A stretch of DNA of 43,129 nucleotides. Source: Catajapyx aquilonaris (Eukaryota). The notes beneath the pieces are model-generated. The model did no database searches, was not told where the DNA came from, and saw only the letters and a program-made list of their open reading frames with translations. A program made the position numbers and the translations under genes. Location of the stretch: contig JYFJ02003348.1 of assembly GCA_000934665.2 (NCBI GenBank), forward strand, positions 1 to 43,129, given 5' to 3'. Positions 1-12,457 of the stretch are shown here, piece after piece (the first letter of the stretch is position 1; each line of letters opens with the position of its first letter).

Positions 1-481
1 TTGCTCTAATGAGTGTCACTACCTTCAGGTGGAAGGACATCATTATCAGCCCGCGCCATCTACCTTAGGCTCAGAACTTATTGGACGACCCTCGTACACA
101 TTGTACACAGGCATAAAAAAGTACAAATAAAGGTCTGTGCAATACCTTCTCAGTTGGGAGGTCCGCACTACCCAAATTATAATTATTATAAAGTCAGGTG
201 ATTGGGCTAGCCACTCCATATTTTCCAGTTCCTTCCAGTAACCTTCTTTGTACATTATACCCTCAGTTCACACCCTCTCCAAAGTCTGAAGGGAACAGTG
301 CTGTCTCTCCGTGAGCTTACCCGAGCAGTGTGTCTTTCAAGTTGCTAATAATGATGTTGTGAGTGAGTGTTTTGGTGAAAATCCAAGTGGAACAGCAATC
401 AAGATGACAGTGTGGAATGTGAGGGGGAAGGATCCGTGGTCTGCTTTATAGTCCAGTGCATTTAGTCGATATTTACCCACA

Positions 482-2829
482 ACCTGGACATTTAGAGTTA
501 CTAAACGAAACTTGGGGTGTATGTTCGATTGGCCCCCCTGAACAATATCTGAAAGTTCCCAAGTGATCCCTCATGGGGTTATCCTGTAATCCTGCAAAAG
601 ATGTAACATACCTGCAGTTTTCCTTGAACCTGCATAGAAAGCGAACGCATGGACTTTGACACTCATTTCTTTTTCCAAATTGCTGGTTTTGACGTGTGTT
701 GTGATTTAGAAAAAAGTGCCAACAATTTTGATATAAACTTAATGATGTTAACCTGCAAAACCTATTCATTACCTTGAATTTTTCTGGAACGCACACAGGA
801 AAGGGACAACCCGTCCCTTTCCTGTGTGCGTTCCAGAAAAATTCAAGACCGAATTTCTTTTTTCATAGTGCTTGTTTTGATTGTATTGCTTCATTTAGAG
901 TCAGTGGCGATGGTTTGGGTGCCTGGATAGCCTGCAGATTACCTGTAAAGCTTCCTGTACTCCACCCAAATGGGCACACATTGTTGTATAAGCACGGGAT
1001 TTTTTTCAATTGAAGGGTTCTCTGCAATAACGAGGTAAGTGGACTTACCTGGTTTATAGGCTTTTGGCTTTAAAACCATGGAGAATATTCTTAACTACCT
1101 AATGCAGAGATCTCTCAGGCCTGTGCGGCTTGTTTATGTGGTAAAAAAGCCAATCACACGAAGTCTTTCACCTGTATCTGCATTGCCATAGTAGGTAGGG
1201 GGCGCCACGAAGCTGCAAGCAGGTCAGTCCATCTGTCCATGTGAGATAATACAACCATAATTCAAATGTTCACCCAACATGTGTTTCTAGAAAATCTAGT
1301 TTGGAACATATGGCCGAATTTTGTCAATGTCTAAGTGACATATTTTAAAACCCCGCTAGTGTCCATATAGGTCACGAACAAGGACGAGGTCAAAAATGAG
1401 GACTCTTCCATTTTGATGCTTACAATAACCCGATTATTTCAGTAACTGTGCATCTCACATGAAAAAGGTGGCTTTCAATTCTAAACAGTACGCATAATCC
1501 GTTGATAACAGACAAAAAATATAAGATTAAAATTATTACGTGTAATGTTGGCAAGTCAAAGTTCGTGACCCTTGACACGAGCCTAATAGACTTGAAATTT
1601 CAGAACAATTTTGAAGTAATCCCCTATTCATAACTCTTCAGTGGCGTATGTTTCATTGTTGCATTCTTTTTGCGGCGCAGGAGGCTTGGGGCTAGTCACT
1701 GGGACAAGATGACCATTTTCACTTCTCCATCTCCAATCTGTTGGGTGCAAGGTCCACTCTCCTCCATTTCTGCACGCTGCACCTGTAGGTATGTCCTAAA
1801 AGAATGTTGTCATGCTGCCGCGGATGTGGGAGGAAGTGCGCCAAAATCAAAGTTCGGACCACATTTGGGTCACATTTGAGAGGCAATTCGGACATATTTT
1901 GGAGAAAATTGGGACCACATTTGAGAGAATACTTGGACCACATTTTGGACGAAAGGGACAAATTGTGATTTTTGAAATTTGATTAAAAGGCACCTACTGC
2001 AATGCACAAATATGTGTGGAAATTGTGTTGGACTGTAGGTCATGGGTGCAGTAACCGCAACAACGCCAGGACATGGATGATGACGACCCCGATGGTGAAT
2101 TACAAGATGTGAACTTTCTTGGAAGCAGATGCAGACCTGACTCCACAGACGTCTCATTTAAACGTTTAAAAAAATTACGTAGCTTCCCTTGTAGTCCAAG
2201 ATTTAAGAAAGTAAATTTTCCATGATCAATTTAAGGAATAAACAGTGTTAGTAAAATGTTCTCCGCTGTAATTTTTCACACTCATCTCTGAATAGAATGA
2301 TTCATTCTCGTCTAAACAAAAACAGACGACAATTGAACAAAAAATCATGTGCTTATACAACAATGTGTGCCCATTTGGGTGGAGTTCAAGGAGCTTTACA
2401 GGTAATCTGCAGGCTATCCAGGCACCCAAACCATCGCCACTGACTCGAAATGAAGCGATACAATCAAAACAAGCACTATGAAAAAAGAAATTCGGTCTAT
2501 AAGACAACCCGTCCCTTTCCTGTGTGCATTCCAGAAAAATTCAAGGTAACGAATAGGTTTTGTAGGTTAACATAATTAAGTTTATATAAAAATTGTTGGC
2601 ACTTTTTTCTAAATCACAACACATGTCAAAACATGGAAAAAGAAATGAGTGTCAAAGTCCATGCGTTCGCTTTCTATGCAGGTTCAAGGAAAACTGCAGG
2701 TATGTTACAGTTTTTGCAGGATTACAGGGAAACCCCATGAGGGATCACTTGGGAACTTTCAGATATTGTTCAGGGGGGCCAATCGAACATACACCCCAAG
2801 TTTCGTTTAGTAACTCTAAATGTCCAGGT
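482..2829. mobile_element. Non-autonomous foldback/TIR DNA element with ~500-530 bp inverted arms
   Basis: 482-~1012 is the reverse complement of ~2330-2829 (ACCTGGACATTTAGAGTTACTAAACG... / ...CGTTTAGTAACTCTAAATGTCCAGGT); near-identical spurious ORFs appear on opposite strands. No clean TSD found. Confidence 0.85.
1354..1583. mobile_element. Small degenerate MITE nested in the foldback element
   Basis: Imperfect TIRs GTGTCCATATAGGTCACGAAC (~1359-1379) / GTTCGTGACCCTTGACAC (1561-1578); a similar end occurs at ~35822-35840. Confidence 0.45.
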
Positions 2830-4352
2830 AATATACTATTTGCACTGGACTATTATTGGATATTGGATTTCGACGAAACACTGATCGTGCGGCTTGTGGA
2901 TTAATTGAAACCTGGTGTAGTGATAAGAAACCAATTTTTTGGTCAATTGTGTTTCAAGAGGTGGCGAAAAAAAAAAAAAAAACAAGTAATTTTGGAAGGC
3001 CAAGTGGTGGTCTAATGATAGCAGTGAAAAAGGTTTGGGAACCAAAATTAATTTACACGTCTCCAAATATGATGGCTGTGTGTGTGTAGATATGTTACCC
3101 CAAGATCAAGAAAAGTAATTATTAATATTAATTTATTTGACATCCAATAAATAATATCAGCAAACGATGGAAGTACTAATAAATCACTTGGATATTTGGA
3201 CAGGAAGTGGATACCAATTTTGCTTGCTAGGGGATTTTCATGCGAGGATTGGGCAAGCAAGCTACGAGTATTTATCCCCAATGTCCCATGAAGTCCCATT
3301 GTGGGATAGGGAGCAAGAAACTAGAAATTAATGTGATGAGATTGTTAATCCACAAGGGAAGAAATTATAAGAAGTAATTGAACAACAATCGTTACAGGTG
3401 TTAAATGGAACAACAAAAAATGACTGGATGGGAAACTGCACATATTGTGGGGAAGTGGGTCAGTCAACCACAGATTACATCCATCTCCCCTTCACTGTTG
3501 AGTTATGTAATGGACTTCAAAGTTGACTTCAATGTTGAAAATATTGTGGGATCAGATCATTTTCCGATTACCATTTTGTTTGTTTGTGGAGAGTATAAAT
3601 ACTGCAGAAAGGCGAAGCCCCTATTTTGCATGCATATATGAAAATTCCTCCTGATGGGCTATATTTTTTGGTTAACTTTTTGGATAGGGAACTGGTAAAG
3701 GTGAACATGGAGCAAGATTTGCAAGAGCTGGCGTTGTCTTTAGTAGGTACTATACAAAGCATTCTCCAACAGGAAGATTTGATGAGAGTCCGGAATGAAA
3801 GAGGAACTTCGACTTTTAACTACAAATCAACTACTGATCAACTAAAAGAAATGAAAGATAAAGCGAAGGCTGAATTGAAATTTTGGAGAATGACCAAAAG
3901 AATAGAGGATAAACAAAATTATCTAAGGACAATGAAAGAATATAGGAATAAAGGTATGGTGAGAGAAAAAAAAAAACGTTTTATAATCAAACGATGCAAA
4001 GTATGTTGACAGCACCTGATTCCAAAATCTTTTGGAAAACAGTAAAGAAATTTAAAAAAGGTAAATTGACACCACAAGTGAATGAAATGCTATATGGCTT
4101 GACTACCTAGCTTATTTACAGCCGATATTGATAAGTACTCCTGAATTAGATATGACGGACATTTTTCCAAATGATATAGAGGTACTAGAAAAACCCTCGC
4201 TACACTTGCATTTTTCTATGGTGCAGGCGTAGAAAACCACTCGCTTTGCTCACTTTTTTCTAGGCCTACGGCCTGCAGTGCCTACCATATTTTAAATTGC
4301 TTCGGATTTATAGCCAATGTTGATGCCCATCCCCCAATCATATGCATACATA

Positions 4353-4503
4353 TGAGGTGGGAAAATGCATATTTCCCAGCCAATGCAAAGCAAAGGTGGG
4401 ATTGCAGATGGGTGGCAGGGTACGGAATCATGGATATGTGACTGCACGGAGGAACGGGTACTTTGCTTTGCATTGGCTGGGAAATATGCATTTTCCCACC
4501 TCA
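4353..4503. repeat. Perfect 43-bp inverted repeat (MITE-like)
   Basis: TGAGGTGGGAAAATGCATATTTCCCAGCCAATGCAAAGCAAAG (4353-4395) and its exact reverse complement (4461-4503). Confidence 0.8.
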
Positions 4504-5509
4504 ACATACCAATACCTTTTGAATTTTTAAAAACCCCAATTATTGTATGAACAGAAATTTACAACATCTATCGTTTCTACTCGCATGCACTCGCACACAT
4601 GTGTCTAAATTATATGCACACTTTCCGACCACGTTTTTCTAACTGCTCATAACTCCCCCCTATGTATTATAAGCGTCCATGGAACTCTGCAGTGTTTGTA
4701 TTAGATGATCAAAACACTGGTTTCATTCTTCCCCGACACTTTCTTTTGACGTTCTTGACCTATCCCCGAGTTCAGTGTCCATGGAGTTGGCACCACTGAT
4801 ACACAACATCCCGACCTAGCCTATGTTCGGTTTGTTTACAACGTTCCAATTCGACCATCCCACCTTCCCCCCTCCTCTCCCCCTCCCCTGTTGTGAAGTC
4901 ACCATGAAGATGTGGGTGGAGGAAGGTGGAAAGGCGGAGGGGTCTTCACGGGAGAGGAGGTGCGTCCTCGTTGACGTCCAGCAAGTGACTGTGGTGTTCT
5001 TCCACCCATTGCGCATGTTCGGAAAGGGGCCCAATCGGAGGCGTCATGGTAACAATAAGTCCAGGTAACAATTGACGGGGGCCAATCGGAACGTGGCGTT
5101 AACAACAATATGGGGGCAGACCAATCAGAGGGATACACACTCTGCAAGCATTTTAATATTATCGATTGGATGGAAAGGTAATGCTGCAAGAATTACAATA
5201 CAGTATTCAATGACTACGTTCTTGAAAAGCGGTGGGCCATGACTCTATTCCAAATGAAGTGATGAAGCTAGAGTCGAACGAGCTACAAAATGTTTTGCTT
5301 AAATTGTTTAATACGATTCTGACAACCCATACTGTTCCACAGAACTGGGTGCAAATCCGGATGATCCCGATATTTGGTCCCACTGTACTATGTACATAAT
5401 AATGGTTCAATAAAGGTCCATGCGATAGACCCAGAGGGATTATTATTATCATTGTCATCATCATATTTCTTTATCATGCACAATGTAATTTATGAATGAC
5501 TACACTCAC

Positions 5510-8500
5510 AGCAAATGTGATGAATCCTTTCTCTTGCAGTTCTTCAAAGTAGTCATCCTTTCCCTCCATGATACTCATGCCTGCAATTGAATGACTATTG
5601 GAATGATCAGTGCCTATTGTTACAAAGCATCACCCATTTCATAATCTGATCTTTTGCACATCTTGTATGAGGAACCTGCATTCATTAATCATCCACTTTT
5701 TTTTGGTTTCCACATGACTTTGTTTTGGTCCCATTACATACCCTGATCATATGCTTGGGAAAATCAGGCAAATACAAGTAAAAGATGGGACTATCAAGGT
5801 GTGAACATACATGTTCATCACATTTTTGGCCATGCCAAGATCATGGAAGATATCCTATTTTGATTTTTTTAATCACCTTGAACCCTCTTTACATACAACT
5901 TTTATAATTGATATTAGGGAGGTTGGACCGCATTGCCTCTTCAACCTCCAAGGACAGGAAAGGAAGGAAGCGTCTGTGGCCTATTATACGGAAGCGACCC
6001 CGGAATTATCCTAGGAAGACCGTGGAAAACCACAGAAAACCACGGTCAGGATCGTCGGCCCCAGGACCTCCCGATTAGCAGTCGGACGCCTTATCCACCA
6101 TGCCAACCTGCTTCGGTCTCTTTACATAGTTGGACCCCAGTTATCTCCAGTAATTGGTTCCAAGGCATAAGTGGATAAGTTAAACTCTCAGATAGCCAAA
6201 CCTTAAATAATGTTTTTTACCATATGTGCATTAAGTTTAATTTACAAATTACAGTTGAATCCAGATATAACAGACTTCAAGGGACTGCAGAAATCAGTAT
6301 GTTATAACCGAGGTCACAAATAATACACAAGCCATATATGGAAGTATGCCGGGACAGACCTTTCAAGTCTGTTCCACTATAACCGAAAATCTGTTATAGC
6401 TGAGGCTGTTATATCCGGATTCAACTGATGGGCGATTCTCCAAAAACTTACCAATGCAATGAATACTATGTCCCGGCATAGTAACTAAAAAAATGGGTTG
6501 ACTGAGAGAGTTGATTTTTAGAAAAATCTGTAGAAGCAGTTCACACCTATCCATTCCCATGCAAACAAAGAGAAATATTCAATTACTTTTTACTGCAAAA
6601 AATGTCTAAAGGCCTGAAATCACTATCCTGGCATGTCCCGACTTCCTTTTTAGTCAGGACATTTTGCAGTGACGCAGCAAGGTCATGTCAAATGATTAAA
6701 TTGTTTTTAAAATGTTGTTTTATACCTTCAAGTATGAATAATTGAATTGTAGTATTATTACTTTTTGTTGTTGTTGTTGTTGTACTCTGTGCTACGGCCC
6801 TAGGCTCTCTTAGGGGAGTGGAATACCACCATCAGCAGGGGACAGGATAGGGGGTTAATGAGGGGGGGGACACTAGTGCATGTGCAATGTCTCAAGTTGG
6901 GGGTCGTGTGGAGTCCCTCAGGGGGCCTGTTCACCAAGATTACCCCCTAGNCCCCCCCCCCCCCCCCACCGGCACTGCACCTCCTCATGGAAGGGACAAG
7001 GATAGGAAAGGAAGGAAGCGGCTGTGGCCTATTATTTAGGAAGCAATCCCGGAATTCTCCTGGGGGGACCGTGGGAATCCACAGAAAACCACGGTTAGGA
7101 TTGCTGGCACCGGGACTAGAACCCAGGACCTCCCGATTAGCAGTTGAACACCTTATCCACTCCACCAAACTGCTTCGGTTAGTATTAGAACTTGTCTACT
7201 GTTAATGATAAAATGGTAAGAAAATACAGTATGTTTTCAAAGAAGATCAGGACATGCCAGGAGAGTGATTTTAGGCCCTTAGACATTTTTTGCAGTAAAA
7301 GGTAATTTAATATTTCTCTTTGTTTTCATGGGAATGGCTAGGTGTCAACTGCTTCTAGAGATTTTTTAAAAAATCAACTCTCTCAGTCAAGTAATTTTTG
7401 AGTTACTATGCCAGGACATATAGCTACAGGGTGGGAGGAAAGTAACATACTCCCTATTAGAAACATGTCAGAACTTTGCCAAATATTGCTCAATTTTCAC
7501 AAAACGAGTTTTATTTTGTAACTAGCAATGGGAGATTAATAATGGCTCCCCGCCAGATGGAAGGATCAGTCATGCAAGCAGTCAAAATGGCGCACCGCCA
7601 TAGTGTGTGTGGGAGTTGCTCTCGCCACTTCCTGGCCCCTTCCTCCTTCGAATACGATGAATGGAGAGCTGTATCTTTCCATGTTGCAAGGTTAGGGATG
7701 GCTGATCATCATACAATGAGAAAGCTTCAACCATATCTTCATGCAAGATGATGCAACTCATATTTTGTATTGACTGTCCATGTGCGACTGGATAAACAAT
7801 TGCCAGGTGGTAGGGTGGTCCAAAATAATCGCCAGCACAAAGTCCTGACTTTACGCACTATGATTTTTTTGGGAGGTTGGGCAAAGGAGGTGTACAGCAC
7901 CAAACTACAAAATTTGGATCAACTTGAAGAGAGCATTCCAGATGTGCTGGGCAACGTATCGCAGGATTGCATGCATATAAGTCTGTCACGGGCATCCCAA
8001 ATCGCTTACAGAAGCTTGAAAACTCTGGTTCCTATGTGGAATTTTAAGTACGTAGACAAATTCTACCATTCTAATTTACACAACAAAACTTATTTCATGA
8101 CAATTGAGCAATATTTGTCAAAGCTATTACATGTTTCTAATAGGTAGTTACTTTCTGCCCACCCTGTATATTGGCGAGTTTTTGGGAGAATCACCCATAT
8201 ACATTAAGACAGTGGTTCCCAACCTCTTTCAGGTCTTGACCCCCTTTTATGATGGTCAAGTAGCATGAGAGCCCCCCCCCCCCCTCCCCCAAGTATTAGT
8301 AGAAGATTAATGTAGTGTAGGCATTGAAACATTTTTAAAAACCTTCATAGTAAAATTCCCGAAAATTCCCTCTATAATAATAATAACAATAATAACAATA
8401 ATAATGGATACCCTGTGATAGGCCTCCTTGGGTCTCTTAAGGGATCATCTTCTATATACCCGTCTTTAATCATTGCTTGCGCTGTGATGGATTTTGAGAG

Positions 8501-11500
8501 TGGGAGTAAACGGGAGAACTCCGAGAAAACCCACGCGAACACGGAGAGACCCCATCGAAACTCTATCCACATAGGTATCCTCAGTCCGACCCGGGATCGA
8601 ACTCGGGACCTTAGAGGTGGAAGGCTGTGGCACTAACCACTCCGCCACTGTGTCGTCTGAAAATTCCCTCCAAAAATTAATTGCAAGTAAAAAATTACTG
8701 CGGCCACCGCACGACCCCCGGAAAGGCTTCGTGACGCCGAAGGGGGTCATGACCCACAGGTTGGGAACCACTGCATTAAGACATGAACATAAACTAATAA
8801 CAATAAAATAGGATGGTTATACCAATACAGTACTGTATTAAATATAGGGCATTTCTTACTAGTAGGTCAACAGGCAGTCATCATATTCCTTGGCCCAAAA
8901 CATGTCAAAAATGTAGGGGTGAGAAATGTCGAGGGACTAACCGGTGACCAGGTAGGTGACCAGATACAGTGGCCTACCCCTAGACACATGCTGCAACATA
9001 GATCTGGTGTAAGGAACTTCGTTCAGATCTATAAAATAATTGGAATCAGCAGATGTTAACTCATTGCGAGCATACAGCCTCTATAATTCCTTCTTTGGTG
9101 CCCAACTTGTAGAGCCCAGATGCATTAACGTCGACAACAACCGATAACACATTCCTGGGAGCCAAACATCCTCGATCGACTTTAGGTATCCTAACCACGA
9201 CGCTTCTCCCTATGTCTACAGGGGAAAGCCTTGAGTTGGACAGAGAAATCATTTGCTCAGGTTGTTTTTACTGATTGAATCTTGCACCTTGACACTTACT
9301 TTTTATACTCTCTTTCCTCGGAGGAGGGCTCTGACTTATCATACCCGCACTCAAGGCTGAAATACCCAGGATTTACCCACATTTTAAATTTTTACTGAAT
9401 TCCTGTTATTCTTTAAATCACATGATTTTCCTGAGTTTTCAATGAAACAGATCGCTCAGGATGGCAGCAGCTTCGGGTTGTTCAGCTTCAGCATGAAAAC
9501 TCTGAAATCGAGTACCTGAAGTCGATCGAGAATGTCTTTGGCTCCTACAGGAATGTGTCAGGGGTTGTTTTAGGTTACGTTAAAGCATCTAGGCTCTACC
9601 AGTTGGGCACCAAAGAAGGCATTTTAGAGAGGCTGTATCCTCACAAAGATTCACACCTGCTAATTCCAATTTTATAGTTCTGAACAAAGTTCCTTACACC
9701 AGATCTGTATCTCTTGGATTGACTTCAGCTTTTAAGTTCAGGTAGTAAGCAGGCATTTGTAAGTTGTAGTTGTAAAAAGTACTACATTGATAAGAAATGT
9801 AAATGTCGTTCAAGTAATACTAAATGTAATTCTAAGTGTGACTAACGGTGACTGTTAGAACGCTCGAGGCAGATTCCAAAGTCCCATAAGTCCATTTTTA
9901 AGGAAAATGAGTGAGGACATCGATTGGTAGCTTATGGTACTCCCCACCTCCTCCTGAGGTCAGAATACACCAAAATAATGTCCAGGCGTGGAAATTGGAG
10001 GATTTTTCCAAAGCCATATAAGTCCATAATATGCTTTATCACAACATAAACTCACATCTCAAAAGGACACAAATGGGCCTAGGGGACATTGGAATCCTGC
10101 CTCTTATGATGAAGCATGTAATAGTTCCTGAAAATTAACAGCATCATCAAATGTTAAGTATTTCAACCATTTGCCAAACAACAATAAGGTGATTTATTTC
10201 CAGCATCTACATGGCATAGTGGGAAACAGGAAACTGCCACAACGTGTTATGGCGGTCTTCTAAACCAACCATCCCAACACGAAATTGGCGTCCTGACGTT
10301 TAAGTTTAGTCCCAGGAAAGCATTCTGGCCTTTTAAAAAAAGCATTTCGGGGTCTGGCCTTCCATTCTGCAGAGTTGATGGTTCGAAAAGGAGCATTCTG
10401 CAGAATGGACGGTTTGACCTAGAGCATTCTGCAGAATGGACAGTTTTTTTCGCCCAATGGCCATTTTTGGGGTATGAGCCTAACATATACGTATAACTTT
10501 ATATAATAAGTGTCATAATACTGGTTGGAAATAATGTAATGCAATAATTCTATTTATTATTTCTCTTTCCACTATGAAATATTGCCTATGACTATGTACA
10601 GGATCACTGAAAAAGAATGTCCCAATTTTAAAACCTTATAACTCGGAAACTTTTACAAATTCCTCAATAACTTCAGTTTTGAAATTCTACGTAAGGTCTA
10701 AAGTTTTGGTCTCACCTTCGTTTCAACATGAGCTTCATGTGTCGCTAGGCAGATAAAAAGGCGGTAATTGGTGTTGTGCCAAACCCTATAAATCATATCT
10801 GGAATTACTGTTGCAATCCTATCCCATAGGTGCTGAACATCTTGAGTCTTTACACCACACACATTGTTCTTGATGATGCACATAAAAAGTCGCCTCATCC
10901 ATGAAACAAACCTGCTGTAGGAGAGTTTCATTTGTTCAGCTTCCCAGTGTGCGAAGTCTTAAATGAGAAATTTCGCCATGCCTAGCCCCTCCAGAAGCCC
11001 ATATCTTACCGTAACGGACTTTTTTGTGGATGCACATGTATGGTGAAAAGATCTGGCATCACCAGGACTTACGGGATAAAATTGCAACGGTAACTCCAGA
11101 CATGTCTGAGCTGGTTTGGCACGACACCGATTATTGTATTAAAATTTTTCGAGCGACAAATGGAGCTTATATCGAAACAAATTATGGTAAGGCCAAAACT
11201 TTAGACACTTCTGATCATTTCAAAACTCAAATCATTAAGACAGTGGTTTCCAACCTCTCACCAACTGCGACCCCCTAAACATGTTTCCATAAGTGTGCGA
11301 CCCCCCCCCCCCCCCCCCNTACAACTGACCCATTTCCAGAAAACATACACTCTGTACAGCCGCAAAAATGGTTCAATTTACACAGACATTGCAAAAAAAT
11401 AATGTTGAACAAAGGCTCGCGACCACCAGTGACCCTGCCCGCGACCCCCAGGTTGGAAACCACTGCATTAAGATATGTCTACAAGTTTTCAAGCTATAGA

Positions 11501-12365
11501 GTTTTCAAATTGGGACATTCTTTTTCAATGACCCTGTATATATTCGCAAGAAGTATTAGGCCTATACTGACTGTGAGCGTAAAGTTAGGGGACTTCAGAA
11601 TTTTCGGTGTGCGTAAGGGTACCTTGAGCCAAAAAAAAAAGTTGGGAACCACTGGCCTGGAGTTTTAAAACAATTTGAAAGTCGTTTTCCTGGCCAGGCT
11701 AGGCGAATAACTTATGTAGGCCATACTGTCCATGCATTAAAACAGGAAAATGGACTTTAAAACTCCACATAGAGTAGCAAAAATGGTACTGATTTATGAA
11801 AAGTATCCACAATCCTTTTCAGCACATTGGCATAGTTGTATGCAATGCAGTTAGTTGGCATTTTGCATTTTTGTGCTCCTTGCACACGGTGGGAATCGGT
11901 GAGAATTGCCCGCTTATCCTTTCCCAACATGGACGCTAAGCTCCTCCCATTGCCGTATCGTGAAAGAAGGGAGCAGATAGGAGTGGGCCCTCTAGCCTTA
12001 CTATATTCCATACTCTGAGGATAGAAGGGAGGCGGAGTGGTGCTGCTGTAACGTATGCGCCCACGGATGTTAAGGTCCCGGGTTCTATCCCAGCCCGGGG
12101 TTTCTCCCTTCAGCTCGTGCAGAGTTAGTTAGAGGTCATCTCTGGCTTTGCCTCGGGTGGTATATCCATTAAGACAAACCACCCAGGAGAGTTCACAAAA
12201 TGACCGCAGCAATGACATTGCCCTGCACCTTGCACATCCCCTCCTGTCATCCTGCCCATGGGCCCGGGCGTTTCTAAAACTATGGTTCCAATGTACTATG
12301 TACAAACAACGGTACAATAAAGGTCCATGCGAGAAACCCCAGTAGGGGTAAAGCACTACCCAAGG

Positions 12366-12457
<92 letters not shown>

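Larger units (their letters stand above)
398..4150 (+). mobile_element. Degenerate non-LTR retrotransposon (LINE) ORF2 fragment, APE endonuclease region, interrupted by a foldback element at 482-2829
   Basis: APE motifs occur in order across frameshifts: IKMTVWNVRG (398-427), GLIETW (~2897-2915), GRPSGGL (~2994), LLGDFHARIG (~3224-3253), GSDHFPI (~3549-3570), then a helical linker ending SKIFWKTVKKF (~4021). Many stops and frameshifts. Confidence 0.75.
6428..8198. mobile_element. TIR element with long inverted arms, carrying a nested SINE and a mariner remnant
   Basis: Ends ATGGGCGATTCTCCAAAAACTTACCAAT / ATTGGCGAGTTTTTGGGAGAATCACCCAT; ~6466-6640 is inverted relative to ~7250-7420. Confidence 0.7.

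Noticed and set aside
473..2904. Near-identical ORFs on opposite strands (473-796/2593-2904; 774-1013/2226-2507)
   Set aside because: Artefacts of the foldback's inverted arms, not genes.
5600..5700. Possible box C/D snoRNA on the minus strand near the Mpv17-like acceptor
   Set aside because: The C box is imperfect, the terminal stem is weak and no rRNA guide complementarity was recognisable.
10362..10442. Three CATTCTGCAGA(ATG) repeats with spacers, superficially CRISPR-like
   Set aside because: Eukaryotic context, ~30-bp period with related spacers and no cas genes; subterminal repeats of a MITE fragment.
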